The notes under the pieces were generated by a model that was not told the origin of the DNA, did no database searches, and was given only the letters and a program-made list of their open reading frames with translations. A stretch of 59,644 bases of DNA, filler included. It is 5 parts of 5 records of this genome, joined end to end, with 100 filler letters (N's around TTAATTAATTAA, not from the genome) between each part and the next. Parts side by side here need not be neighbours in the genome. Positions count along the whole stretch, not along the records: positions 1 to 13,864 come from SRR20825019_2129; positions 13,965 to 21,352 come from SRR20825019_2132; 3 more parts are not named here. One strand, 5' to 3'. The position numbers were made by a program, and so were the translations under genes. Of this stretch, positions 11,544 through 21,352 are shown piece by piece. Every line of letters starts with the position of its first letter. Positions within the stretch are counted from its first letter, which is position 1.

Positions 11544-12666
11544 TGTCAGCACACTACCACATCCAACAGTCCTGGCTGCAAATACAAAATTATAATTTGT
11601 TCACACCAACACGCCTGAAGGGCTCCATTCCGTCACAACCAGTCAACAGAGTTTGCGACTTCCTTGCGGCAAAAATCCGGCCCGGTCTGGTTGTCGAGTG
11701 TCCGGCGAGGGAGTTCTGTTAGAGTTTCGACTAGGCGGGTGAATGATGATCCGGGGGGGGAGGCACGGCACGCGGTGGCAGTCGCTGTAGTCATCAACCC
11801 GCCTTTCATAAGGAGTGATGACACTGCACTGGTAATCCCTGTCCCGGGCCGGGGAGGGGCAGGCGCAGCCGAGTGCTCTGTGGCCCTCCGGCGCCGCTGG
11901 GACCGCGCTTGAAGCCACTCATCAGTGAGCGGGCTTCGCGCCAGACCGGCCCAAGTAAGTTGCACGCCGTGAGGCCTCACTGCCGGATGCCAGCCGCGCC
12001 CGCCGACCGCCTGCCGGCGCCGGTCGTCGTGGCGGCACTCACCCTACCCGGCGCCTTCCCACCCCGTGAGTGGGCCTCGCCGGGCCGGTGGTGCAGCTTG
12101 CAGAGAGGATTTGTGAAATCCGAATTAGGGTTGGGACAGGGTTGGGAATTGCAATATTTCGTTATAGTACATATTTTCGCTATATATCGATAGCGTCGAT
12201 CGATCTCGAGGTCCGCCCTCCGCTCGGACGGTGCCCCGGCCCGGCCCGGCGCCCGGTCGGGCCGGGCCGGCTCGGCGGTCGCCGACGCTCACGATTCGGG
12301 GGCCCGGCCCTGGCCCAGCCGGACTGGACCTGACCGGGACGGCCGGGGGGGCCGCCAGCCGGCTGCGGCGCCCCCAAGCCGCCACCAGACGTAGCATGGT
12401 GAGAGCCCAACGCGGCCCTCAGTAGCCGATGCGTGTTGGACGGTACGATAGCCAAGCACTTTCTTGAAGACCAAATGTCGAGATAATGGTCTCGGGCATC
12501 ATTGGCGATGGCCTATAGTGGCCCATAGTAAACTCTTGGCCTTGTCAGCAGCGTCCGGCTATCGTCTCCAAGCAGAGATAGGGCTCAGCAAGACTCCGGC
12601 TGCGCCCACACTTGTATATGTACTCGTACTTTGTTGAAAAGAGTGTACTGCAACTTATTTCTAATT

Positions 12667-13617
12667 ATGGGTGCTGACGACGGAATGATGATGGGCCAGG
12701 GCCCTTTCACCATGGGTTACTACTTGCGTAGTGCCCTCGCTGGTGGTATTTGCTGCTCTATTACCCACGGCGCTGCCTGCCCTATTGACGTGGTGAAGAC
12801 TAGTATGCAGCTTGACCCGGTCAAGTTCAGCGGAGGTTTGATGTCCGGTTTCAGGACTGTGGTGAAGGAGGGTGGCATGGGTGCCCTCGCCACTGGTCTT
12901 GGCCCCACTATGCAGGGTTATTTCGTCCAGGGTTGGTTCAAGTTTGGTGGTGTGGAGTTCTTCAAGATTACCTTTGCCAGGAAGCTCGGAGAGCAGTCTG
13001 CCTTTGACAACCGTACTGCCATCTATCTTGCTTCTGCTGCTTGCGCTGAGTTCATTGCCGACGTTTTCCTGTGCCCCTATGAGGCCTGCCGTATCCGCCT
13101 TGTGTCCGACCCCACCTATGCTCCTAGCATGGTTGCTACTGGCCAGAAAATGGTCGCTGAGAGTGGTTTTATTGGTGGCCTGTACTCTGGCTTCGTTCCT
13201 ATGCTCTTCAAGCAGATTCCCTACACTATGGCTAAGTTCGCTGTCCAGGGTGCCGCTGCTGACGGTATCTACAAGTCCATGGGCACCTCCCCTGACAAGT
13301 GCTCCAATGGTACCAACGTTTCTGTCTCTCTCGGTTCCGGTGTTATTGCTGGTGTTGCTGCTGCCATTATTTCCCACCCTGCTGATACCCTCCTCTCCAA
13401 GATTAACAAGAAGGGCGCCGGTGGTGACGGAAGCATGATGCAGCGCCTTGGCAACATTGCCCGTGAGACTGGTTACATGAAGCTTTGCACCCAGGGTCTT
13501 CCCGCCCGTTGTGTGATGATTGGCTCCCTGACCGCCGGTCAGTTCGGTATCTTCGACACTGTGATGAACACCCTTGGCGCTAAGAAGTTCCACTTCCACG
13601 ATCCCTCCAAGCACTAA
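12667..13617 (+). CDS. Mitochondrial phosphate carrier (SLC25A3/Mir1/Pic2 family), intronless
   Basis: GGICCSITHGAACPIDVVKT, GLGPTMQGYFVQGWFKFGGVEFFK, AEFIADVFLCPYEACRIRLVS, FKQIPYTMAKF and AAIISHPADTLLSKIN; three carrier signature repeats. Confidence 0.92.
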   Translation: MGADDGMMMGQGPFTMGYYLRSALAGGICCSITHGAACPIDVVKTSMQLDPVKFSGGLMSGFRTVVKEGGMGALATGLGPTMQGYFVQGWFKFGGVEFFKITFARKLGEQSAFDNRTAIYLASAACAEFIADVFLCPYEACRIRLVSDPTYAPSMVATGQKMVAESGFIGGLYSGFVPMLFKQIPYTMAKFAVQGAAADGIYKSMGTSPDKCSNGTNVSVSLGSGVIAGVAAAIISHPADTLLSKINKKGAGGDGSMMQRLGNIARETGYMKLCTQGLPARCVMIGSLTAGQFGIFDTVMNTLGAKKFHFHDPSKH

Positions 13618-13864
13618 ATTCGATGTAGTAGCTAAGCTCTCACTATATTGTGCTTTCCTTTTTTGTTTTTCAGTTCAACACAGACGGCCGCAGACATTTC
13701 ATGCCGAGCTGAAGAGACTCGGCCGCTCTCTCGGTTATATATAACCTATCACACACCACGACAGAGCAATGCCGAACTTTCGTAGCTCAACCACCCTTTG
13801 CCGACCCGCTTACCGCCGACTTCACAGCTGTTCAATTTCTTGTACTTCTCATATAACTCGACCG

Positions 13865-13964
13865 NNNNNNNNNNNNNNNNNNNNNNNNNNNNNNNNNNNN
13901 NNNNNNNNTTAATTAATTAANNNNNNNNNNNNNNNNNNNNNNNNNNNNNNNNNNNNNNNNNNNN
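13865..13964. other. Artificial contig linker
   Basis: 44 N + TTAATTAATTAA (stops in all six frames) + 44 N. Confidence 0.98.
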
Positions 13965-14135
13965 GCCCATGCCGTCGCGGATGACCTTGCCGCCGCCGAA
14001 CTTCACTTCCTCGCCGTAGAAGGTCCGATCCTCCTCGACTTCGATGAACAAGTCGGTATCGGCAAGCCGGACCTTGTCGCCGACGGTCGGCCCGAACATG
14101 CCTGCATAGTCCTGTCGTGAAATCCTGTATGGCAT
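13965..14135 (-). CDS. ureC: Urease alpha subunit, N-terminal part (cut by contig end)
   Basis: [36 protein letters not shown]...[17 protein letters not shown]. Confidence 0.95.
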
Positions 14136-14136
14136 G

Positions 14137-14457
14137 TCAGGCTCCTCCCCCACCGAGCGGCCCCATAACCGCCTGATTGAAACCGTAGACTTTCCGGTCC
14201 CCCTTGAAAGGCACCAGATCGACCGTCCGTGTCTGACCCGGCTCGAACCGCACCGCAGTGCCGGACGGGATATCCAACCGCATGCCGCGCGCCGCATCCC
14301 GGTCGAAGGAAAGGCCCGGATTGGTTTCCGCGAAATGATAGTGCGAGCCGACCTGCACCGGCCTATCGCCCGTGTTCGCAACCTCGATGGTGATGGCCTC
14401 GGCGCCCTCGTTCAGAACGATCTCGCCGTCGGCCGCAATGATTTCTCCGGGGATCAT
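14137..14457 (-). CDS. ureB: Urease beta subunit
   Basis: MIPGE...[21 protein letters not shown]...[16 protein letters not shown]. Confidence 0.97.
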   Translation of the reverse strand: MIPGEIIAADGEIVLNEGAEAITIEVANTGDRPVQVGSHYHFAETNPGLSFDRDAARGMRLDIPSGTAVRFEPGQTRTVDLVPFKGDRKVYGFNQAVMGPLGGGGA

Positions 14458-14466
14458 GGCGCCCTC

Positions 14467-14769
14467 CTAGCGGATCGGATCGTGGACGGTGACCAGCTTG
14501 GTCCCGTCCGGAAAGGTGGCTTCGACCTGGACTTCGTGGATCATCTCGGCGATCCCTTCCATCACGTCGGAGCGTTTGACGACACTGGCGCCAGCCGCCA
14601 TCAGGTCGGCAACGGAACGGCCGTCCCGCGCGCCCTCGACCACATAATCGGTGATCAAGGCGATCGATTCCGGGTAGTTCAGCTTCACGCCCCGCTCCAG
14701 CCGGCCGCGCGCGACCATGGCCGCGACCGAAACCATCAATTTGTCTTTTTCCCTCGGTGTCAGATTCAC
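14467..14769 (-). CDS. ureA: Urease gamma subunit
   Basis: [11 protein letters not shown]...GVKLNYPE...[20 protein letters not shown]. Confidence 0.97.
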   Translation of the reverse strand: MNLTPREKDKLMVSVAAMVARGRLERGVKLNYPESIALITDYVVEGARDGRSVADLMAAGASVVKRSDVMEGIAEMIHEVQVEATFPDGTKLVTVHDPIR

Positions 14770-14794
14770 CCCGGCCTCCCCTCAAGCATCCACA

Positions 14795-15658
14795 TCAAAT
14801 TCGCCAGATCACCGGCATCCGTGCCGGCTGCCCGAGCCAGCGCACCCGCGCGGCGCTCCAGAAAGCGCCGACCGCGTTGCGCAGCCGCATGGCATCCGGC
14901 CCGAGCCAGCGCATCACCAGAAGATTGTTATCGATGGCCGTCACGCCGCAACGGATATCTCCCGCCGCCCCGGCCTGAGCATCGCGCGCCCAGTCAAGAT
15001 CGTCGGCCGCATCCGGCCGGGCGAATAACGCCGTCGCGAAACAACTCACGCCACGAAGCCCAGATGAGGCGGAAGCGGCGGCAAGCGGATCAGCCAGCTC
15101 GAACCGGTCGGCCCAGACCAGCCGCCCGTCCCGTTTCAGATCCCAATGCTCACGGTAGCGCCCGGAGGAAAAGGTCTCCCCCATGGCGCTCCGGCCAAGG
15201 ACCGAAATGGCACCGGCGAAGAGTGTGCTGTCAGCGGCAAGATCGAACCGGACACGCTGACGGAACAGTGCGCGGTCGAACAGGATGGTGCCTTGCGGTA
15301 GCCATTCAAGCACGGCCCCTTCGGCAACCCGCATCGTCAGACGGTTTTCCGACTCCGCGCCGGAAGATTTATAAACCTTCTCGGCTGCCTGGGCGGTCAG
15401 GGTCAGACTGGCGCCCGAGCCAACGCTGATATCTGCCTCGTAGAGGTCGCCGCCGACAATCCCACCGGAGAGGTTCGCCAGAACGGCGGTCAGCGGCTCA
15501 CCCACACCGGGGCGCGGCATCAGAATACGCAAGGGCTGGGCTGAATAAAGATCCGCCGCAACGGAACGTCCGCCGCGGCTTTCCACGGAAAGGCGTGCAG
15601 CTCCGGTCGTGCGGTTCAGCTGCACGGTTTCATCGGTATGAGCGAGCGCCAAACTCAA
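14795..15658 (-). CDS. ureD: Urease accessory protein UreD/UreH
   Basis: LANLSGGIVGGD, LTAQAAEKVYKS and LEWLPQGTILFD motifs; directly upstream of ureA; TTG start with GGGGAG RBS. Confidence 0.92.
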   Translation of the reverse strand: MSLALAHTDETVQLNRTTGAARLSVESRGGRSVAADLYSAQPLRILMPRPGVGEPLTAVLANLSGGIVGGDLYEADISVGSGASLTLTAQAAEKVYKSSGAESENRLTMRVAEGAVLEWLPQGTILFDRALFRQRVRFDLAADSTLFAGAISVLGRSAMGETFSSGRYREHWDLKRDGRLVWADRFELADPLAAASASSGLRGVSCFATALFARPDAADDLDWARDAQAGAAGDIRCGVTAIDNNLLVMRWLGPDAMRLRNAVGAFWSAARVRWLGQPARMPVIWRI

Positions 15659-15686
15659 TACAGCTCCCCTTTTTGCGATAACAATC

Positions 15687-15701
15687 GCAATCGCCGTGCC
15701 A
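15687..15701 (-). promoter_or_regulatory. Sigma54 (-24/-12) promoter of ureD
   Basis: Minus strand reads TGGCACGGCGATTGC, matching TGGCAC-N5-TTGC, about 30 nt before the ureD start. Confidence 0.8.
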
Positions 15702-15797
15702 AAGGCTACTCTGTTCTCCGGAAGAATTTTAGATGTTTGTTTTCAAATAGTTAGAAAACACGATCACGGCAGCACATGTTAGCTGGCCGCCGGCAGC

Positions 15798-15844
15798 CGC
15801 TCACACCGGGGGCAACCCGCCCAATGCTGCTCAAATCTTGGGCA
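15798..15844. promoter_or_regulatory. Two candidate NtrC-type enhancer sites
   Basis: TGCTCAAATCTTGGGCA (15828-15844, TGC-N11-GCA) and CGCTCACACCGGGGGCA (15798-15814), 30 bp apart and about 100-140 bp upstream of the sigma54 site. Confidence 0.55.
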
Positions 15845-15851
15845 AAGAGCC

Positions 15852-16496
15852 TTATTCCTCCACCCACAGCTTCATCTCCGCTGCAAGTTTGGGACGGTAA
15901 TCCGCCATCTCCTCGGCAACAGCCTTATGCCGATAGAGACCGTCACGATACTCGAGCACCGGGGCCGGAATATCGACCGGAAGACCGAGTAGCGGGATCA
16001 GCAGATCAAGCCAGCAGAGCGTCACCGGAAAACCGCAATCCGCCAGGGTGAGCATTGCGGATGGAGGCGATTTTCCGAGCACTTTCCCGAGACCATCCAG
16101 CCGATCCGTCAGCGCATCCGCATGGCGCTCTGCCTCGAAACCCTCCCGCTTGCGTTCAGGCATGTACGGGAACAACGCCCGGACAGCAGGCTCCAGCCGG
16201 GTATCATGATAGCGGGAGCGCTCCCGGACGATGGCCCGGCCGACCGAAGTATCCGGAAGCATCGGGGGCTCGGGATGCACCTCATTGAGATATTCGGCGA
16301 TGGCCTCCGAGTCCGCGAGCAAGAAGCTCCCGTCTCGCAGCGCCGGCAGATTTCCGGCGGGGACGATCTGCCTATACTCCGCCGATCCATAACCGCCCGG
16401 CGGCGGAAGTTCTTCCCAGACCAGTTCCTTGTGCCGCAACAGGATACGAAGCTTCGCGGAATAGAGGCTAACCGGGATGGTATAAATCTGGAGCAT
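15852..16496 (-). CDS. Glutathione S-transferase family protein
   Basis: SLYSAKLRILLRHK...IVPAGNLPALRDG...LADSEAIAEYLNE...LTLADC. Confidence 0.85.
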   Translation of the reverse strand: MLQIYTIPVSLYSAKLRILLRHKELVWEELPPPGGYGSAEYRQIVPAGNLPALRDGSFLLADSEAIAEYLNEVHPEPPMLPDTSVGRAIVRERSRYHDTRLEPAVRALFPYMPERKREGFEAERHADALTDRLDGLGKVLGKSPPSAMLTLADCGFPVTLCWLDLLIPLLGLPVDIPAPVLEYRDGLYRHKAVAEEMADYRPKLAAEMKLWVEE

Positions 16497-16615
16497 GACC
16501 GTTCCCTGACTGAAAGCAGGCCACATCATACCGCCAGAGCCGATAATGATAACGTCACTTTACTTGATTGTGCAGCGCAGCATAATTAAACATCCTCACG
16601 AACCAAGGTGACCCG

Positions 16616-17380
16616 ATGTTCTCGCTCGAAGGCACAACAGCACTGATCGTCGGCATTGCGAACGATCAATCCATCGCCTGGGGATGTGCAAAAGCACTGC
16701 AAAGCCAGGGCGCGAAACTCGCCATCACCTACCTGAACGAAAAGGCCGAGCCCCATGTGCGGCCACTGGCCGAGCAGCTTGGCGCCGATATCGTCATGCC
16801 GCTTGATGTCCGCAACGAGGACCAGACAGAGGCTCTGTTCGGCGAGATAAAAGCGCGATGGGGACGACTCGACACGCTGCTGCACTCGATTGCCTTTTGC
16901 CCGAAAGACGACCTGCATGGCCGGGTGATTGACTGCTCGGCGGAAGGCTTCGCCGCCGCAATGGATATTTCGGTGCATTCCTTCCTGCGCCTGATCAGGC
17001 GGTCCGAGCCGCTGATGCCGGATGGCGGAACCTGCATGACCGTATCATTCTACGGCGCGGATCGTGTGGTCGATCACTACAACATCATGGGGCCGGTCAA
17101 GGCCGCCCTCGAATCAGCAACCCGTTATGCCGCCGCTGAACTTGGCCCCAAAAGCATCTCGGTCCACGCCTTGTCTCCTGGACCGCTCAAGACCCGCGCC
17201 GCCTCCGGGATCGACTATTTCGACGACCTGATGAACGAGGCAGCCGCACGCGCGCCGACCCACAAATTAGCGACCATCGAGGATGTCGGCGCATTCGCAA
17301 CCTTCCTCGCCAGCCGTGAAGCGGCGAATGTCACCGGTGGCATCCATTATATCGATGGCGGTTACAACGTCGTCGCATAA
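16616..17380 (+). CDS. fabI: Enoyl-ACP reductase FabI
   Basis: GIANDQSIAWG, LLHSIAF, YNIMGPVKAALE (Y-x6-K) and SPGPLKTRAASGI. Confidence 0.9.
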   Translation: MFSLEGTTALIVGIANDQSIAWGCAKALQSQGAKLAITYLNEKAEPHVRPLAEQLGADIVMPLDVRNEDQTEALFGEIKARWGRLDTLLHSIAFCPKDDLHGRVIDCSAEGFAAAMDISVHSFLRLIRRSEPLMPDGGTCMTVSFYGADRVVDHYNIMGPVKAALESATRYAAAELGPKSISVHALSPGPLKTRAASGIDYFDDLMNEAAARAPTHKLATIEDVGAFATFLASREAANVTGGIHYIDGGYNVVA

Positions 17381-17665
17381 GGCGAAACACGAAGGCGCAG
17401 ACTTTACTGATTGAGTATTCCTGTTTCCCAAAATCATCAAATCGCTCTAACCTTCTGCTGGTAAATCATTTCTCTCGATCTTGAATTTTCAGATCATCAT
17501 GTAGAAACTCAAAATATTCAGCAGTTTCCTGACCGTAAGGAAGAAGGAGCGCGATCTGTTTAGAACCCTGGATAAAAGCATGAAGCAAGAACGGCCTCTC
17601 ACTCCCGGCCAGAGGTTAATGCCATGCTTTGACTGGTGCCCGTCTCCCTCGCACCCGATCCAGAT

Positions 17666-19570
17666 ATGAGCGCCAATCCGATGCGCACCGCCCTCTCTTC
17701 CAGCAAAAAAAGTGTCAGCGCCCATCAGGCGCGGCTGGTTATTGTCGTCGCCGCAATTCTGGGATTGAGTATTGGTATAGGCGAATCTCTTATGGAATAT
17801 TTCGGGCTGAGATCGGGCCTGCTCGAAACTACCGAAAAATCGGCGCACGCATTTGAACAGACCGCCTCACTCGCCGTTTTTAACCGCGACACCGAACTGG
17901 CCGAGCAGATCGCCGACGGCTTGCTGCATTTCGAAGCCATCATTTCAGTCAAGCTGACGGACCACGCCGGCACCATTCTTGTCAGCAAGCAACGCGTTCT
18001 CCCAAAACCGGAGACTGGCTGGTATCCAACGGTCTTCCCCCCCATCAGACATTCCGTGACACTGGAACTGACGGATCCGGCCAGACCGGGGATCGCGTCC
18101 GGATATCTTGAGATTACGGCGTCCTCCTGGCGGATATCCAAGGACTGGTCAAACCGCCTTGTCGTGGCTCTTTTCGCGGTGGCTGCGGGAATAATCTCAC
18201 TCGCCGGCATCCTGTTTTATATTTCGCAACGATTCGTCACCCGGCCGCTGCTGCAGCTCGCCAGCGCTTTTCGCCGCCTGAACGCGGACGATCCGAAACA
18301 TTGCCCGCTACCCGACCCCGATGATTTTGAATTTCTGGAATACCGGGACATCGCGGCAAGCGGAGCCCGCCTGATGCATGATATCGCCCGTAATTCCGAG
18401 GTACGGGACCTCACGTCAAGCGAGCTGTTCCGCAGCCAGAAGCGCTTCCAGGATTTCGCCGAAATTTCTTCGGACTGGTTCTGGGAAACCGACCGTGATG
18501 GCGGCATCAGCTACATCTCCGCCAGCTTCACCAAGACCCTGAACAAGCGCAGCGGAGAGATCTACGGGCGGACCCTCGCTGAAACTGCTTCGGAAGACAC
18601 CCAAACACCGAAATGGCGGGGCTTTAACGACATCATCGAACAGCGCCGCCAGTTCCGCGATTTCCGCTACGATATCGAGTCCCAGCCCGGCATCCGCAAA
18701 ACAGTCAGCATCAACGGCCGGCCATTCTACGACGAAGCCGGAACCTATATCGGCTATCGCGGGACAGGTGCCGACGTCACCAACGAACGGCTTATTGCCG
18801 AAGCCCGGAACGAGGCTCTGCAAAAGGCGGAACATGCCAACCGGACGAAATCGGAATTTCTGGCAACGATGAGCCATGAGTTCCGCACCCCCCTGAATGC
18901 CATCATTGGCTTCAGCTCCCTGCTCGGCATGCCCAAGACCAGAGACATGGCAGTAGAACGTCTGACCGACTATTCCGGCGCCATTCAGGAAAGCGGCCAG
19001 CACATGCTTGAGCTGGTGAACGATATCCTCGACATCTCCGCCATCGAGGCCGGAAAACGCGCCCTGGCACTTGAAGAGGTCAGTATCGGTGCCGTCTTCA
19101 CACATTGCATATCGCAAGTGGAAGGGCAGGCGAAGAGCAAGGCCATCACCATCGAGACCTCTGTTGATATGACACTGGACCTGATGATCACGGACGAGCG
19201 GTCGATCCGGCAGATCCTCCTGAACCTGCTGTCCAATGCCGTAAAATTCACACCCGAGGACGGAACCATCCGCTGCATCGCGGAAGCTGACGGAAACGAG
19301 ATTATCTTCCGGGTTGAAGATAACGGCGTGGGGATTTCCAGGGACCGGCTGCCGACAATCGCCGAGCCGTTCTCCCACTCCGCCATCCACCCCCATGTCG
19401 CGAAGGAAGGTACCGGGCTCGGACTGTCCATCGTCCGGTCCCTGGCGGAATTTCTCGGCGGCAGTTTCATGATCGACAGCGAACTTGGCACGGGCACCTG
19501 CGTCACCGTCATCCTGCCGAGGGTCGGCCAGGACAACTCCCTGACGCAGGATATCGACGCCGCCGACTAA
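17666..19570 (+). CDS. Membrane-bound PAS-domain sensor histidine kinase (orphan; start uncertain)
   Basis: Two hydrophobic segments; PAS (RFQDFAEISSDWFWETD...GYRGTGADVT); H-box KSEFLATMSHEFRTPLNAIIGF; N-box QILLNLLSNAVKFT; G-boxes DNGVGI and GTGLGLSI. Confidence 0.9.
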   Translation: MSANPMRTALSSSKKSVSAHQARLVIVVAAILGLSIGIGESLMEYFGLRSGLLETTEKSAHAFEQTASLAVFNRDTELAEQIADGLLHFEAIISVKLTDHAGTILVSKQRVLPKPETGWYPTVFPPIRHSVTLELTDPARPGIASGYLEITASSWRISKDWSNRLVVALFAVAAGIISLAGILFYISQRFVTRPLLQLASAFRRLNADDPKHCPLPDPDDFEFLEYRDIAASGARLMHDIARNSEVRDLTSSELFRSQKRFQDFAEISSDWFWETDRDGGISYISASFTKTLNKRSGEIYGRTLAETASEDTQTPKWRGFNDIIEQRRQFRDFRYDIESQPGIRKTVSINGRPFYDEAGTYIGYRGTGADVTNERLIAEARNEALQKAEHANRTKSEFLATMSHEFRTPLNAIIGFSSLLGMPKTRDMAVERLTDYSGAIQESGQHMLELVNDILDISAIEAGKRALALEEVSIGAVFTHCISQVEGQAKSKAITIETSVDMTLDLMITDERSIRQILLNLLSNAVKFTPEDGTIRCIAEADGNEIIFRVEDNGVGISRDRLPTIAEPFSHSAIHPHVAKEGTGLGLSIVRSLAEFLGGSFMIDSELGTGTCVTVILPRVGQDNSLTQDIDAAD

Positions 19571-19592
19571 GGCTGCTGCAGCAGATAGCCGA

Positions 19593-20288
19593 TCAAACCG
19601 TTAAATGACCGCGCACAGCGTCTTCGGACAGAGCGGTCTTCGCCCCTGCCAGCACAATTTCTCCACGGTCCATCACCGCGATCTCGTCCGCCAGATCCCG
19701 GGCGAACTCGAAATATTGCTCAACCAGAATCACCGCCATGTCCCCGCGTGCCGCCAGCAGGGCGATAATGCGTTCAATATCCTTGATGATCGATGGCTGG
19801 ATACCTTCCGTCGGCTCATCCAGCACCAGCAGGCTCGGACGCAGCACCAGGGCGCGGGCAATGGCGAGTTGCTGCTGCTGACCGCCGGAAAGATCTCCGC
19901 CGCGCCGCTTCATCATTTTCTTCAGCACCGGGAAAAGATCGAAAATCTCGTCCGGGATCGAGCGCTTCGCGCGTGGCAGCGCCGAAAATCCGGTCTTCAG
20001 ATTCTCTTCCACCGTGAGCAGCGGAAAGATTTCCCGGCCCTGGGGCACGAAAGCGACACCGGCTGAAGCCCTCCGGTGCACCGGCAAAGCCAAAAGGTCG
20101 ATATCGTCCCACTGGATACTGCCCGCACTCGGGGTTTCCAGACCGGTCACCGCCCGCATCAAGCTGGTCTTGCCCACCCCGTTGCGGCCAAGCACGCAGG
20201 TGATCTTGCCGCGCTCCGCCACAAGATCGATGCCGCGCAGTGCGTGGCTGGCGCCGTAATGCAGATGAAGTCCCGAAACTTTCAGCAT
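19593..20288 (-). CDS. urtE: Urea ABC transporter ATP-binding subunit
   Basis: GRNGVGKT, VPQGREIFPLLTVEENL, RRGGDLSGGQQQQLAIARAL and LDEPTEGIQPSII. Confidence 0.92.
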   Translation of the reverse strand: MLKVSGLHLHYGASHALRGIDLVAERGKITCVLGRNGVGKTSLMRAVTGLETPSAGSIQWDDIDLLALPVHRRASAGVAFVPQGREIFPLLTVEENLKTGFSALPRAKRSIPDEIFDLFPVLKKMMKRRGGDLSGGQQQQLAIARALVLRPSLLVLDEPTEGIQPSIIKDIERIIALLAARGDMAVILVEQYFEFARDLADEIAVMDRGEIVLAGAKTALSEDAVRGHLTV

Positions 20289-20289
20289 C

Positions 20290-21054
20290 TCACCGCCCCA
20301 GATAGACTTCGATAACGTGCGGATCGTTCTGCACCTGGTCCATGGACCCTTCGGCGAGCACCGATCCCTCATGCAGAACCGTGACCTTCACGCCGAGGGC
20401 ATGAACGAAGGCCATGTCATGCTCGACGACCACGATGGAGCGTTCCCCGCGCAGATCCCGCAGCAGCTCCACCGTTGCTTCGGTTTCCGCGTCTGTCATG
20501 CCTGCCACCGGCTCGTCCAGGAACAGCAGCTCCGGGTCCTGCACCAGCAGCATGCCGATCTCCAGCCACTGCTTTTGACCGTGCGAGAGTTTCCCGGCCA
20601 TCTGGCCGCGCTCTTCGGCAAGGCCGATCCGTTCCAGGGTGCTTTCAATCTTCGATCTGCGCTCCAGGTCCAGCCGGTCGAACAGGCAGGCGAAGGTGCT
20701 GCGGTCCGACTTGATGGCAAGCTCCAGATTGTCGAACACCGAATGGTTCTCGAACACGCTCGGGCGCTGGAACTTCCGGCCGATGCCGAGAGCAACGACC
20801 GCCGCCTCGTCCCGTTTGCCGAGATCGATATCGCCCTTGAAGATGACCCGTCCCTCGTCCGGCTTCGTCTTGCCGGTGATGACATCCATCATCGTTGTCT
20901 TGCCGGCGCCGTTCGGCCCGATGATCGCCCGCATCTCACCCGGCTCGATCACGAAGCTCAGATTGTTCAGCGCCTTAAAGCCATCGAAGCTGACCGTCAC
21001 CCCGTCAACATAGAGCTGGGATTCTGAATATGAGGCTCGTCCGGAAACGCTCAT
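20290..21054 (-). CDS. urtD: Urea ABC transporter ATP-binding subunit
   Basis: VSFDGFKALNNL, GPNGAGKTTMMDVITGKT, GIGRKFQ, LSHGQKQWLEIGMLL and DEPVAGMTD. Confidence 0.92.
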   Translation of the reverse strand: MSVSGRASYSESQLYVDGVTVSFDGFKALNNLSFVIEPGEMRAIIGPNGAGKTTMMDVITGKTKPDEGRVIFKGDIDLGKRDEAAVVALGIGRKFQRPSVFENHSVFDNLELAIKSDRSTFACLFDRLDLERRSKIESTLERIGLAEERGQMAGKLSHGQKQWLEIGMLLVQDPELLFLDEPVAGMTDAETEATVELLRDLRGERSIVVVEHDMAFVHALGVKVTVLHEGSVLAEGSMDQVQNDPHVIEVYLGR

Positions 21055-21352
21055 TGACCGGGCTCCTCTGCAAGGGGAGAGGATGCAGGCTCGTTCCGTT
21101 TGCCACCCCGCCTCTTCACCCACTCAATCGCGGCAGGCAGGCTGCCAACCAGGCCTTTCGGGAAAAACAGGGTGACGGCGATGAACATGCCGCCGAGCGC
21201 GAACAGCCAGATTTCCGGGATCACCCCTGTCAGCACGGTCTTCGCGTAATTGACCAGCACGCCGCCGGCAATCGCGCCGTACAGCGTGCCGCGACCGCCG
21301 ATAGCAACCCAGATCACAGCCTCAATTGAGTTGGCCGGGGCGAATTCACCCG
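21051..21352 (-). CDS. urtC: Urea ABC transporter permease, C-terminal part (cut by contig end)
   Basis: PANSIEAVIWVAIGGRGTLYGA...WLFALGGMFIAVTLFFPKGLVG; stop overlaps the urtD start. Confidence 0.88.

Noticed and set aside
11633..12474. ORFs in the second GC-rich region and C-box-like ATGATGA/GTGATGA motifs (also near 2773)
   Set aside because: The ORFs are compositional artefacts; no properly placed D box or terminal stem supports a C/D snoRNA.
12661..13614. 317-aa antisense ORF covering the phosphate carrier
   Set aside because: Shadow ORF caused by codon bias (avoidance of TTA, CTA and TCA on the sense strand).
14134..15429. 431-aa plus-strand ORF across the urease genes
   Set aside because: Antisense shadow of high-GC ureB, ureA and ureD.
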